DNA from: Planctomycetota bacterium
GTDB lineage: Bacteria > Planctomycetota > UBA1135 > UBA2386
Length of the DNA: 64,000 nucleotides
Direction: 5' to 3'
Assembly: GCA_965223545.1 (NCBI GenBank)
Contig: OZ245006.1
Location: 1,504,001 to 1,568,000 of the forward strand
Part shown: positions 1 through 9,796 of the stretch, one piece after another
How the letters are laid out: the number at the start of each line of letters is the position of its first letter
Position numbering within the stretch: the first letter of the stretch is position 1
Program-made: the position numbers and the translations under genes
Notes under the pieces: generated by a model
What the model was told of the DNA's origin: nothing
What the model saw: only the letters and a program-made list of their open reading frames with translations
The model's database searches: none

Positions 1-520
1 TCAGCACGTTGGCGGTGCCGAGCACGGTCGAGCCGTGGCTGCCACCGAGGTAGACCCAGCCCGACGTCACCGAGCCCGACGCGGTGACGTAGCCGTCGTG
101 GATGTCGATGTGCGCGCCGATCGCCTCCAAGCCCTTGAGGTGCAGATCCACCGGCCGGTGGCCGAGCAGGCAGCCGCCGGGGTAGCTGGCACGGGCGACG
201 CCGCGCCGCGCCCACAGCGGTCCGAGCACGACGAACGACGCGCGCATGCGGCGCACCAGATCGTAGGGTGCCTCGTAGAACGTCTTGTCGATGGCCTCGG
301 CGCGCAGGGCCCCGTCCGGCTGCCACTCCATGCGGACACCGAGCCGCTGCAGCAGGTCGATCATCACCGCGATGTCCTTGAGGCGCGGGACGTTGCGCAG
401 CAGCACCGGCCCGTCGAGGAGAATCGTCGCCGCCAGGATCGGCAGCGCCGAATTCTTGCTGCCTGAGACGTCAATCGTGCCGTGGAGCTCGCGCCCACCG
501 CGGATGCGGATGCGATCCAA
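1..520 (-). CDS. murA: UDP-N-acetylglucosamine 1-carboxyvinyltransferase, 5' part only (runs off window start)
   Basis: Not in the ORF track. Manual translation from TTG at 520 (GGAGG RBS upstream): (M)DRIRIRGGRELHGTIDVSGSKNSALPILAA...MRASFVVLGPL...PGGCLLGHRPVDLHLKGLEAIGA, the MurA signature with catalytic Cys. Confidence 0.95.
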   Translation of the reverse strand, partial: MDRIRIRGGRELHGTIDVSGSKNSALPILAATILLDGPVLLRNVPRLKDIAVMIDLLQRLGVRMEWQPDGALRAEAIDKTFYEAPYDLVRRMRASFVVLGPLWARRGVARASYPGGCLLGHRPVDLHLKGLEAIGAHIDIHDGYVTASGSVTSGWVYLGGSHGSTVLGTANVL

Positions 521-717
521 GAACCCCTCCGGAGAGCTCGGTTGGGGCGGAGCTGCAGGGGCCGGCGTGACCGCCGCCGGTCGCGCGAACCCCCCGCCCT
601 GTGGGGTCGATGCGCACTTGGAGACGCTAGCAGGCGGACCCCGCGTTTTCAGCTTGAATCCCGCTGTTGGACGGCGAGAAGAACACCGCCGTCGCCAGAG
701 ACGATAGGCAATGCGGC

Positions 718-2049
718 ATGAGCCAGGCCCGGACCCTCGACATCTTGCTGGTCGCGCACGGCCTCCCACCAGAGAGCGTGGGTGGCGTCGAGCAGCACGT
801 CGATGGGCTGGCCCGCGCGCTGGTCAGCGCGGGACACCGGGTCGAGGTCTACGCGCGCACCGGCGGCGCCGGGCCTCAGGGCGAGGTCCGCGACGGCGAC
901 GGCGATGACGCGGTGCCCTACCGCACCGCCCGCGTGGTCTACCGCTACGAGGACATCGAGGATCTCCGCGGGCTCTACCGGGTGCCGCTGCTCGACCGCG
1001 CCTTCGCCGCGTTTCTCGCAAAGCGGCAGTTCGACGTCGCGCACGTCCACCACCTCACCGGCATGTCGACCGGCCTGCTCGGCGAGCTGCGCGAGGCGGG
1101 CATCCCGTCGGTGCTGACGCTGCACGACTACTGGCTGATGTGTCCGCGCGGGCAGATGTGGCACACCGACGGCACGCCGTGCGCGCGCGTCGAGCCCGAG
1201 CGCTGCGGCGGCTGCCTGGCGCCGGCCTTCGGCGGCTGGTTGCCGCCCGCGCACCGCGCCGCCCGGCTCACCGCACTGCACGCCGACGCCCTCGCCGTGC
1301 TCGGCACCGCCGACCGGCTGGTGGCACCCTCGAGCCGCGTCGCCCCCGCGTTTGCCGCCCTGGGCCTGGATCCGGACCGCATCCGCGTGGTCGAGAACGG
1401 CGTCGACACCACCGCGCTCGAGCAGCTCGAGCCGCCGCCGGTCCACCGCGAGGGCCCACTCCGCGTCGGCTACCTCGGCACGCTGATCCCGAGCAAGGGG
1501 CTCGACGTGCTGGTCGACGCGTTCCAGCAGCTGCCGCCGGGCACCGCCGAGCTGTCGATCTGGGGCAACGCGGTGCCCTACCACGGAGACGAGGGCTTCC
1601 TGCAGCGCGTCTTTGGCCGCCTGCGGCCGGGCGACGCCGTCGCCTATCGCGGCCCGTACCACACCGGCGACCTGCCGCGCATCCTGGCGCCGATCGACGT
1701 GGTGGTGGCGCCGGCGCTGTGGCACGAGGCCTTCGGCCTCACGGTCCGCGAGGGACTGGCCGCGGCGCGGCCGGTGATCGTCAGCCGCATCGGCGGACTG
1801 CAGGACGCGGTCGAGGACGGTGTCGAGGGGCTGGTCGTCGAGCCCGGCGACCGCGAGCAGCTGGCCGCCGCCCTGCAGCGGCTGGCGGGCGACCGCGCCG
1901 GCTTGGCGGCCATGGGCCGCGCCGGGCGGCGCCGCTGCCGCGGCTTCGCGGCGATGGCGCACGACCTCCTCGCGCTCTACCGCGAGATCGCCAACGGCCA
2001 CGCCGAAAGCACGCCCGCGCCGGGCGGTTCCGCGCCGCGCCGCTCTTGA
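718..2049 (+). CDS. Glycosyltransferase family 4 (GT-B)
   Basis: ILLVAHG..P..VGGVE, VAHVHH, TLHDYW, YLGTLIPSKGLDVL and EAFGLTVREGLAAARPVIVSRIGG motifs; ATG 718 preferred over ORF-track start 667. Confidence 0.9.
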   Translation: MSQARTLDILLVAHGLPPESVGGVEQHVDGLARALVSAGHRVEVYARTGGAGPQGEVRDGDGDDAVPYRTARVVYRYEDIEDLRGLYRVPLLDRAFAAFLAKRQFDVAHVHHLTGMSTGLLGELREAGIPSVLTLHDYWLMCPRGQMWHTDGTPCARVEPERCGGCLAPAFGGWLPPAHRAARLTALHADALAVLGTADRLVAPSSRVAPAFAALGLDPDRIRVVENGVDTTALEQLEPPPVHREGPLRVGYLGTLIPSKGLDVLVDAFQQLPPGTAELSIWGNAVPYHGDEGFLQRVFGRLRPGDAVAYRGPYHTGDLPRILAPIDVVVAPALWHEAFGLTVREGLAAARPVIVSRIGGLQDAVEDGVEGLVVEPGDREQLAAALQRLAGDRAGLAAMGRAGRRRCRGFAAMAHDLLALYREIANGHAESTPAPGGSAPRRS

Positions 2050-2160
2050 CCCGGGCGGCCGGCGGCGACTAATCTGCCCGGCCAAATCGAGGCGAGGAGC
2101 ACCCCGAAGTCCGGGGTCGGCTCGCGCATTGTCCGTCCGCCCGCGCCGACCGAGGGTCGT

Positions 2161-3501
2161 ATGAGCACAACCGAGAGCGTAATGGAGCCCAACCCCCAAG
2201 AACCGGCGTCGAACGGCGAGGACCCGCTGAAGGTCCTGGACGGGCAGCTCGACCACGACCGCATCATCGCGTTCCGCCGCGCGGCCTTCCGCTCGGCCGA
2301 CGGCCTCGAGAACCTGCGCGACTGGCTGTCGACGCCGATGGCACAAGGGCTCAAGCGCGGCATGGCGCTGTGGGCCCTGGGCCGCCACGCCGAGGCGATC
2401 CCGCTGCTGGAGGGTGAGCTCGCCGCGCAACCGGCACTGGCCGAGTGCGTCGCCCGCTCCTACACCGCCGTCGGCCGCATCGACGATGCGATCGCGGCCG
2501 TCACGCCGGCGAACGACCGCGGCCGCGCCGCGGCGCTGCTCGCCGCGCACGAGGCCAGCGGTGACGCCGACGCCCTCGAGAAGGCACTCGCCGGCGTCGC
2601 CGAGGTGGTCGGTGCCGATGACCGCCTCTACTACGAGGGTCGGCTGAAAGAGCTGCGGCGCGACCCCGAGGGCGCGATCGAATGCTACGACGCCGTGCTC
2701 GCGCAAAACGAGAAGCACCGCGCATCGCTGTTCCGGCTGGCGCTCAACGTCGACCTGCGCGGCGAGGACGAAGAGGCGCGCGAGCTGTACGAGCGCGCGC
2801 TCATGGTGCCGCCGGTCAATGCCGCGTGCGTGATGAACCTCGGCATCCTCTACGAGGACATGGGCAACTACCGGCGCGCCATGCAGTGCTTCAACCTGGT
2901 GCTGCAAGCCGATCCGGAGAACGTGCGCGCGCGCATGTTCCGGCGCGACGCCGCGGCCGCGCTCAACATGTACTACGACGAGGACCAGGAGCGCCGCGAA
3001 GACAAGCGCAACCGCGTCCTGCGCACGCCGATCAACGACTTCGAGCTGTCGGTCCGCAGCCGCAACTGCCTGGTCAAGATGAACGTGCGCACCCTCGGCG
3101 ACCTGGTCAAGAAGACCGAGGCCGAGCTGTTGAGCTACAAGAACTTCGGCGAGACCTCGCTGCAGGAGATCAAGGAGATCCTGCGACAGAAGGGCCTGCG
3201 CCTCGGCATGGGCACCGACGAGCTGATGGCCAAGGATCTCAGCGAAGAAGCGGAGCCGCAGCCGGTCAGCATGGAAGAAGCGCCGGATCCGGACAGCCCC
3301 GATCCGGCACGCCGCCCGGTGACCGAGCTCGACCTGTCTGTGCGCAGCCGGCGCATCGTCGACCTGCTCAAGATCCGGTCGATCGGCGACCTGGCCAACA
3401 AGACCGAGGCGGAGCTCCTGGCGTGCCCGAACTTCGGCCAGACCTCGCTGAACGAGATCAAGACCAAGCTCGACGAGCTCGGCCTGGCGCTGCGCGGCTG
3501 A
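2161..3501 (+). CDS. TPR-repeat protein with two C-terminal RNA polymerase alpha-CTD-like domains
   Basis: TPR-like helices, then FELSVRSRNCL...TLGDLV...ELLSYKNFGETSLQEIK and LDLSVRSRRIV...IGDLA...ELLACPNFGQTSLNEIK. Confidence 0.88.
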   Translation: MSTTESVMEPNPQEPASNGEDPLKVLDGQLDHDRIIAFRRAAFRSADGLENLRDWLSTPMAQGLKRGMALWALGRHAEAIPLLEGELAAQPALAECVARSYTAVGRIDDAIAAVTPANDRGRAAALLAAHEASGDADALEKALAGVAEVVGADDRLYYEGRLKELRRDPEGAIECYDAVLAQNEKHRASLFRLALNVDLRGEDEEARELYERALMVPPVNAACVMNLGILYEDMGNYRRAMQCFNLVLQADPENVRARMFRRDAAAALNMYYDEDQERREDKRNRVLRTPINDFELSVRSRNCLVKMNVRTLGDLVKKTEAELLSYKNFGETSLQEIKEILRQKGLRLGMGTDELMAKDLSEEAEPQPVSMEEAPDPDSPDPARRPVTELDLSVRSRRIVDLLKIRSIGDLANKTEAELLACPNFGQTSLNEIKTKLDELGLALRG

Positions 3502-3550
3502 CCGCGCAGCTCCGCGCCGGGCCGACCCGTGCGTCCGCCCCCCGCCCTCG

Positions 3551-4132
3551 ATGTACGACCATCTCAGTGGCGAAGTCCATCGCGTCCAGCCGGCGCGCGT
3601 CGTGCTGCTCGTCGCCGGCATCGGCTACGAGCTCGAGGTGCCGACCGGCACGTCGTCGGCGCTGTCGGTCGGCCAGCACGCGCGCCTCTACACGATCCTG
3701 CACGTGGTCGACGGCGTGCCGACGCTCCTCGGCTTCCACGAGCGCAGCGAGCGCGATCTGGCGCGCCGCCTGTTGTCGGTCTCGGGCATCGGCAAGGCGA
3801 TGAGCCTGGCGATCCTCAGCACCTACTCACCCGGCGAGGTGGCAGGCGCCATCCTGCGCGGCGATCACCCGGCCATGCAGCGCGTCAAGGGCATCGGCGC
3901 CAAGACCGCCGAGCGGCTCTGCCTCGAGCTGCGCGACGCCATCGCCAAGCTCGACCTGACGACGACCGAGAGCGTGGCGCCGACCCTGCCCGACAGCGCC
4001 GAGGACGCCATCGCCGGCCTGGTCACCTTGGGGTACTCGGAGAAGGAAGCGCGCAAGAAGGTCGGCAGTGCGTGGCAGCGGCTGCCCGACGCGCCGACCG
4101 AAGACCTGATCAAGAGCGTGCTGCGCGGCTGA
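3551..4132 (+). CDS. ruvA: Holliday junction branch migration protein RuvA
   Basis: GIGYEL, LLSVSGIGKAMSLAILS, VKGIGAKTAERLCLEL, AIAGLVTLGY. Confidence 0.95.
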   Translation: MYDHLSGEVHRVQPARVVLLVAGIGYELEVPTGTSSALSVGQHARLYTILHVVDGVPTLLGFHERSERDLARRLLSVSGIGKAMSLAILSTYSPGEVAGAILRGDHPAMQRVKGIGAKTAERLCLELRDAIAKLDLTTTESVAPTLPDSAEDAIAGLVTLGYSEKEARKKVGSAWQRLPDAPTEDLIKSVLRG

Positions 4133-5960
4133 CGGGCGCGGCCCCCCGCGCCAGCACGGCGAGCACCAGGTTGACGTCGACCGGCCGCACGCCGGGCAAC
4201 CGCGACGCCTCCCCCACCGACCGCGGCCGCCGCGCGCGCAGCCGCAGCCGCGCCTCGGCCGACAAGCCGGTGATGGCGTCGTAGTCCAGGTCCGCTGGCA
4301 AGGCCCTGGACTCGAGCCGGCGCATGCGCGCGACCTCCAGCTCCTGGCGGCGGATGTAGCCGGCGTACTTCACCTCGGCCTCGATCTCCGCGCGCTCGTC
4401 GGCCGTGAGCGCCATGGCCGCGAGCGCGGCGCTGCCGGCGATCACCTCCTCGACCGATACCTGCGGGCGCCGCAGCAGCTCCTCGAGCGTCCGCCCCTGA
4501 CGGCGCTCGGCCGCCAAGTGCGCACAGGCACCGGCGATGCGCGCGGCCTTGTCGGCGACAGCGGCCGCGGCCGCACCGTCGAGCAAGCCGAGCTGGTGCC
4601 CGATCGGGGACAGCCGCCGGTCGGCGTTGTCGGCGCGCAGCAGGAGCCGGTACTCGGCGCGGCTGGTGAACATCCGGTACGGCTCGTCGGGATTGACGCG
4701 GCACAGGTCGTCGATCATCACGCCCAAGTACGCGGTGGCGCGATCGAGGATCAGCGGCGGCTCGCCGCGGGCGAACCGCGTGGCGTTGATACCGGCGACC
4801 AGCCCCTGGCCGGCCGCCTCTTCGTAGCCGCTGGTGCCGTTGATCTGACCGGCGGCGAACAGGCCGTGCACCGAGGCCACCTGCAGATCGGCGCGCAGTT
4901 GATCGGTGGCCAGGTGGTCATACTCGACCGCATAGCCGGGCCGCGCGATCTCCACGGCTTCCAGTCCGGGGATCGTGCGCAGAAACCGCTGCTGGACGTC
5001 GACCGGCAAGCTGGTGGACAAGCCGTTGGGGTAGATCTCGTCGCTGTCGCGGCCCTCGGGCTCCAGGAACACGAGATGGTGGTCGGCGTCCGCGAACCGC
5101 ACCACCTTGTCCTCGACGCTCGGGCAATAGCGCGGGCCGGCGCCCGAGATGCGACCCTGGACCATCGGCGACAGGTGAGCGTGCGCGGCGATCTCGGCGT
5201 GCGTGGCCGGCGTCGTGCGCGTCACCCAGCAGCACACCTGATCGACGACCAACCGCCCGGTGCGAAACGAGAACGGCCGCGGCTCGGCGTCGCCGGGCTG
5301 CTCGTCGAGGCGGTCGAAGTCGATCGATGCGCGCGCAAGCCGCGGCGGCGTGCCGGTCTTGTGGCGCCCCAGCGCGAGGCCGAGCTCGGCGAGGCTGCGG
5401 GCGAGTGCGGTCGCACCCGCCTCGCCGAGCCGTCCCCCGGCCTGCTGCCAGTCGCCGGCGAACAAGACGCCGCCGAGGAACGTCCCGGTGGTGAGCACCA
5501 CCGCACGCGCGGTCAGCGCCCGGCCATCGGCCAGCCGCACCCCGACGATCTGGCGCTCCCCTGTGCGGCCGCCTTCCGCCAGCAGCTCGACGGCCTCCCC
5601 CTCGACCACCGCGAGGCCGGGTTGGCCGCTGACCGTGTCCGCCATCCGCCGGTTGTAGGCAGCGCGGTCACACTGAGCGCGCGGCGACCGCACCGCCGGC
5701 CCTTTCTTGGTGTTGAGCATGCGGAACTGAATGCCCGCCGCGTCGGTGCACGATCCCATCTCCCCGCCCAGGGCATCCACCTCGCGCACCAGCTGCCCCT
5801 TGGCCAGGCCGCCGATTGCCGGATTGCACGACATGCGGCCGATGGCGCGCCGATCGAGGACGACGCACGCCGTCCGCGCCCCCATCCGGGCAGCGGCCAA
5901 CGCCGCCTCCGCGCCGGCGTGGCCGCCGCCCACTACCAGCACCTCGAAGTCGCGTGCCAT
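4110..5960 (-). CDS. mnmG: tRNA uridine-5-carboxymethylaminomethyl modification enzyme MnmG/GidA
   Basis: VVGGGHAGAEAA, MSCNPAIGG, GPRYCPSVEDK, AGQINGTSGYEEAAGQG, EPYRMFTSRAEYRL. Confidence 0.97.
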   Translation of the reverse strand: MARDFEVLVVGGGHAGAEAALAAARMGARTACVVLDRRAIGRMSCNPAIGGLAKGQLVREVDALGGEMGSCTDAAGIQFRMLNTKKGPAVRSPRAQCDRAAYNRRMADTVSGQPGLAVVEGEAVELLAEGGRTGERQIVGVRLADGRALTARAVVLTTGTFLGGVLFAGDWQQAGGRLGEAGATALARSLAELGLALGRHKTGTPPRLARASIDFDRLDEQPGDAEPRPFSFRTGRLVVDQVCCWVTRTTPATHAEIAAHAHLSPMVQGRISGAGPRYCPSVEDKVVRFADADHHLVFLEPEGRDSDEIYPNGLSTSLPVDVQQRFLRTIPGLEAVEIARPGYAVEYDHLATDQLRADLQVASVHGLFAAGQINGTSGYEEAAGQGLVAGINATRFARGEPPLILDRATAYLGVMIDDLCRVNPDEPYRMFTSRAEYRLLLRADNADRRLSPIGHQLGLLDGAAAAAVADKAARIAGACAHLAAERRQGRTLEELLRRPQVSVEEVIAGSAALAAMALTADERAEIEAEVKYAGYIRRQELEVARMRRLESRALPADLDYDAITGLSAEARLRLRARRPRSVGEASRLPGVRPVDVNLVLAVLARGAAPVSRAARS

Positions 5961-6154
5961 GCGGCCGGCGATGGTAGTGCGGCGCGGCGCGTTTTGGACG
6001 GCTCCGGTGCGGCGTGGCCGCGCGCCGATGCAGGAGCATGTGGAACTATGTCTTCATCCACCGCGACCGCCTGCGCCGGATCTACGCCACCGGCGAGCCC
6101 TGACGACGGTATGCCCTTGCGGCCGACCGCAGAGCAAGCCACACTGGCGCCGTC

Positions 6155-7444
6155 ATGCGCGGCCACCAGGCTCTGATCACCATCGCCATCCTGGCCGCGC
6201 CCGCGGTGGGCCAAGGCGTCACCCTCGAGCAACTGGCGGACATGGCCCGCAAGCGCTTCGAGGTGCAGCAGGCGCAGCAAGGCGAGCTGCTGGGCCCGTT
6301 CCTCAAGGATCTCGAGCTCGACTACGCGAGGAACCGGGAGTACCTCGAACGCCGGTTCGACGAAGCCGCCGCCCTCGGCGAGACCCTGGTGCCGGGCATG
6401 CTCGAGCGCTTGGTCCCGCGCGAAGAGGGCGAGCGCAGCAGCGTCGTCCTCGCCGAGAACGCCGCCCGCGTCCTGGCGCGGATCGGACCTTCCGGCTTCG
6501 TCGACGATCTGTTGAAGATCGCGCGGGGCTCGACAAGCTACACCGCGCGCCTGCTGGCGATCCGCCTGCTCGGCCAGAGCGGAAGCCGGTCGGCCGGCGA
6601 GGGCCTCGCCGCACTCCTGCCGCGGCTGCGCACCCAACCACTGGCGACCGCGATCGATGGCCTGACCCGGCTGCGCTACGCCGACGTCGGCCCGCGCATC
6701 GCCGAACACTTGACCTCCGACCGGACCGAAGTGCGCGAGGCGGCGCTGCGCTACCTGGCTGCCCTGCGACCGGCGGGTGCGCTCGAGTCGGTGCTCGCCC
6801 AGCTACGCACTTCGCCCGACCGGCGCCAGGTGAAGCTCTATCTCGATTACTTGCGCGCTGCCGCCACCGCCAACGCGGAAGCGGCGACGACCCTGTTGGA
6901 GCTCCTGGCCGACCCGAGCCTCGACACCTTCCAGCGCACCGACGTCTGCCGCACGCTGCAGACCGTGGCGCCGAACGGCCACCGACCGACCATCGACGCC
7001 TGCCGCGCTCTGCTCGAGCAGACCGAGGGCGGCGAGCTCGCCACCGCGTGCGCCCTGACCATGCACGCGCTGGGCGACTCGAAGGGCGTCAGCACGCGAC
7101 TCAACCAGCTCAAGCAGCGCATGGCCCGCGAGCGCCGCGATGCCGAGCCCTTCATCGAGCGCGCCGACCTACTGCTCGCCCTCGAGCGCTGGACCGACGC
7201 GGCGCGCGACTACGAAGAGGCCATCAAGCGCACCCGCAACTTCCAGCTGACCTCCTACCTCAACCTCCAGCTGGCGCGCTGCGAGGCGCACCGCAAGCGC
7301 TGGAGCTTCGTCGTCCGCGCCCTCCGCGAATCCGGCAAGAACCACGCCGCGATCCTCCAGGTCGCCCGCGAAGACCCCGTGTTCGCCGAAGCCCTCCAGC
7401 AATCCCAGGTACGCAGCTACCTCGAGGAGCTCCAAGGCCGCTGA
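6155..7444 (+). CDS. Secreted HEAT-repeat/TPR protein
   Basis: Signal-peptide-like N-terminus (ITIAILAAPAVG-Q), HEAT-like repeats (AARVLARIG, AIRLLGQSG, VREAALRYL) and C-terminal TPR-like helices. Confidence 0.7.
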   Translation: MRGHQALITIAILAAPAVGQGVTLEQLADMARKRFEVQQAQQGELLGPFLKDLELDYARNREYLERRFDEAAALGETLVPGMLERLVPREEGERSSVVLAENAARVLARIGPSGFVDDLLKIARGSTSYTARLLAIRLLGQSGSRSAGEGLAALLPRLRTQPLATAIDGLTRLRYADVGPRIAEHLTSDRTEVREAALRYLAALRPAGALESVLAQLRTSPDRRQVKLYLDYLRAAATANAEAATTLLELLADPSLDTFQRTDVCRTLQTVAPNGHRPTIDACRALLEQTEGGELATACALTMHALGDSKGVSTRLNQLKQRMARERRDAEPFIERADLLLALERWTDAARDYEEAIKRTRNFQLTSYLNLQLARCEAHRKRWSFVVRALRESGKNHAAILQVAREDPVFAEALQQSQVRSYLEELQGR

Positions 7445-7445
7445 C

Positions 7446-7468
7446 GGTACGGAGCCTGGCTCCGTACC
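7446..7468. terminator. Hairpin between convergent genes (probable bidirectional terminator or REP-like element)
   Basis: GGTACGGAGC-CTG-GCTCCGTACC, a perfect 10-bp stem just after the stop at 7444. Confidence 0.55.
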
Positions 7469-7484
7469 ATCACTTTCCGTCGGG

Positions 7485-9758
7485 TCACAGGCCTACGGTG
7501 GCGTTGACCCGGCCGGTGATCGACACGTTGGGCAGTAGCGCGCACGGCGAGGCCGCGGTGCCGACGACCCACCATTGGAACTGCACCGTGCCGCCGACCA
7601 GGTTGGTGGCGCAGGGGATCGGCACCGATTGCGAGGCGAAACCGCCGGCCATCGGCGTGCTCAGGGTGGCGGCGGGCGGCGTCAAGAGGCACGGCCCGCA
7701 CGGGATCGGCGCGACGGCTCCGTTCAGCACCAGCACTGCCAAGGTCGCCGCTGGATCCGCGCCGCTGACGGTGAAGGAGAACAGCTTGTTGCCGATCGCC
7801 AACGGGCCACCGACTCCGGGGGAACCGGCGCTGCCACAGCCACCACCCAGGGACGCGAAGCCGCCACTGGACCCCACCGCCTCGTAGAGCTGGCCGCGGA
7901 CTTCGCTGTTGAAGGGCGGGATGTTGACCGCTGACGAGAACGAAACAAACGCCCGGTCACCCGTACCGCCCGTCGTCGGTGTCGCACCGCCCGAGATCTG
8001 CGTGCCGATCTCGGGATCGAAGTCGTAGATCAGCCCGGTACACCCGACGCAGTACTCGGGACCGCAGGCGATGCAGGCCGCGGTGTCGAAGCCGCGCGCG
8101 ACGATGTCGTACGCGAACGGTCCACTGCCCACCTGCTCGTCGGCCCACGCCACGAGGTACTTGTGGAACAAGAAGCCCACCGCAGGCGAACGCTCGTCCT
8201 GGCCCGCGTCGGTGGCGATCCCGGTGATCGCCGAGACGTTGCTCAGATTGGCGCCGTTCCAACGCACGACGCGACAGTAGATGTCGCGGGCACTGGCGGC
8301 AGCACCCTCCAGCTGGTGCCAGACGACCGACCAGGAAGACGACCCGTTGCCATCCACATCGGGCTCGCCGGCACCGGGCGCCGCGGCGACCGTGTGGGTG
8401 TTGTCGAGGACCGTCATGTTGCGGTCGACGAGCGCCGCGTTGATGAACTGCCCACTCGACTCCCACGCCACCAGATAGCGCCCTTGGCTGCCACCGTTCT
8501 TGGCGATCGCCGGCTTGCTGTGGGTGACGCCACCGAGGATCGGGACCGATGCAAACGCGATCGGCGCGCCGGCGACTGGCGCATTCACCTGCGCGCCGAA
8601 GATGCCGCCGCCGACTCGCTGCCAGACCACCAACGCCTCGTCGTCGACGCCGCTGCCATCGCTGGCCACATCGGGGTCGACCTCGTCGGCCGCGGTAGCA
8701 GCAATGGTCGCGGTGGGCGAGACCGCCCCGGTCGCGGCATCGACCGTCGAGCAGCGAATGTCCCAGGGCCCTAGAATCGATGCGCCTTCTTGCCACGCCA
8801 CCAAGAACTTGTTGGTGAAGCGCACGTTGCCGACCTTGCAGTTCAGCGTGACGCTGGGGAACGGGAAACCGGAGGGAAGCAAGAACCCACCGAGCAAGGT
8901 ACCGCCGCCGCTGATGCGCTGCGCGTGGGCGTGCACGTTGGTCGCCGACAGCTCGACCTGCCAGACGACGAGGTAGACGTCGTTGTCGGCATCGTAGGCG
9001 ACGTCGGCGTTGATGTCGTCGAAGCCCGAGGCCTCGGCCAAGAAGTCGGTGCCGATCAGCGGGTCGAGCACCAGCGGATAGGCCGCGCTGTCGACGAACG
9101 CCTCCGGCAACACCAGCTCGAGGTGGCGGCCGTCGAACCGGGCACCGCCCGGCACCGAGCGGCCCGCGCCGTCGATCCCCGTGACTCCGCCGATCCGCAC
9201 GCCGCCGAGGCCCGGCGCCGACAGCACCAGGCCGTCCGCCGGCAGCGCACCGCGGTGCTCGGTTTCGAGCTCGGTGTCGAGCGCCAACCGCACGACGAGG
9301 TCACCGCTTCCGCCCAGCGGGCGCGCGAAGTGATAGCTGAGCGCGACGCCATCGGACCGCATCTCGAAGCGCTCGTCGATGCCGGCGCCGTACCCGAACA
9401 CCGCGGTCCCGTCCTCGGCCCGCGGCCGGGGCAGCGGCCCATCGACTGCCAGCCAATCGACATCCGTGCGCCGGATCGACTGCAAGGTGAAGCGCACCGG
9501 CATCGCGCGCGGCGCGCGGCGACCGAGCGCGGGGGTGTACTCGACACCATCGCGACCCAGCACGACGCTGTAGCCGGGGCCACCGCCGACCAGGCGGTCA
9601 CCGAACTCCTGCAGCATCGTGGAGCGGGACGCGATCGCGACCGCATCGCCGGCGAACGACGTCTCCATGTCCTGCGGCGAGTGGAACGCGGGCTGCTGCG
9701 CGAGCGCTGCTGCCGTCGTGGCAACCAGCCCGAAAGCGATATGAGGAATGCTCGACAT
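7485..9758 (-). CDS. Secreted protein A: N-terminal domain ending YPLVLDP, beta-propeller-like repeats, Cys-containing C-terminal domain
   Basis: AGGAG RBS before ATG 9758; signal peptide IAFGLVATTAAALA-Q; repeated P.VA....(Y/F)LV(V/A)W units; paralog of 9797..12073. Confidence 0.75.
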   Translation of the reverse strand: MSSIPHIAFGLVATTAAALAQQPAFHSPQDMETSFAGDAVAIASRSTMLQEFGDRLVGGGPGYSVVLGRDGVEYTPALGRRAPRAMPVRFTLQSIRRTDVDWLAVDGPLPRPRAEDGTAVFGYGAGIDERFEMRSDGVALSYHFARPLGGSGDLVVRLALDTELETEHRGALPADGLVLSAPGLGGVRIGGVTGIDGAGRSVPGGARFDGRHLELVLPEAFVDSAAYPLVLDPLIGTDFLAEASGFDDINADVAYDADNDVYLVVWQVELSATNVHAHAQRISGGGTLLGGFLLPSGFPFPSVTLNCKVGNVRFTNKFLVAWQEGASILGPWDIRCSTVDAATGAVSPTATIAATAADEVDPDVASDGSGVDDEALVVWQRVGGGIFGAQVNAPVAGAPIAFASVPILGGVTHSKPAIAKNGGSQGRYLVAWESSGQFINAALVDRNMTVLDNTHTVAAAPGAGEPDVDGNGSSSWSVVWHQLEGAAASARDIYCRVVRWNGANLSNVSAITGIATDAGQDERSPAVGFLFHKYLVAWADEQVGSGPFAYDIVARGFDTAACIACGPEYCVGCTGLIYDFDPEIGTQISGGATPTTGGTGDRAFVSFSSAVNIPPFNSEVRGQLYEAVGSSGGFASLGGGCGSAGSPGVGGPLAIGNKLFSFTVSGADPAATLAVLVLNGAVAPIPCGPCLLTPPAATLSTPMAGGFASQSVPIPCATNLVGGTVQFQWWVVGTAASPCALLPNVSITGRVNATVGL

Positions 9759-9796
9759 CTCGGTGTCTCCTGTCACTTGGGTAGTGGTGAAAGGCT

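Noticed and set aside
649..3621. 990-aa minus-strand ORF and similar giant ORFs (5731..7887, 10070..12163, 23546..26173, 56932..59226, 59220..63116)
   Set aside because: Shadow ORFs antisense or off-frame to clear genes; Arg/Ala/Gly-rich with no motifs, as expected at this GC content
4110..4132. 23-bp convergent overlap of ruvA and mnmG
   Set aside because: Short tail-to-tail overlaps are common in GC-rich genomes
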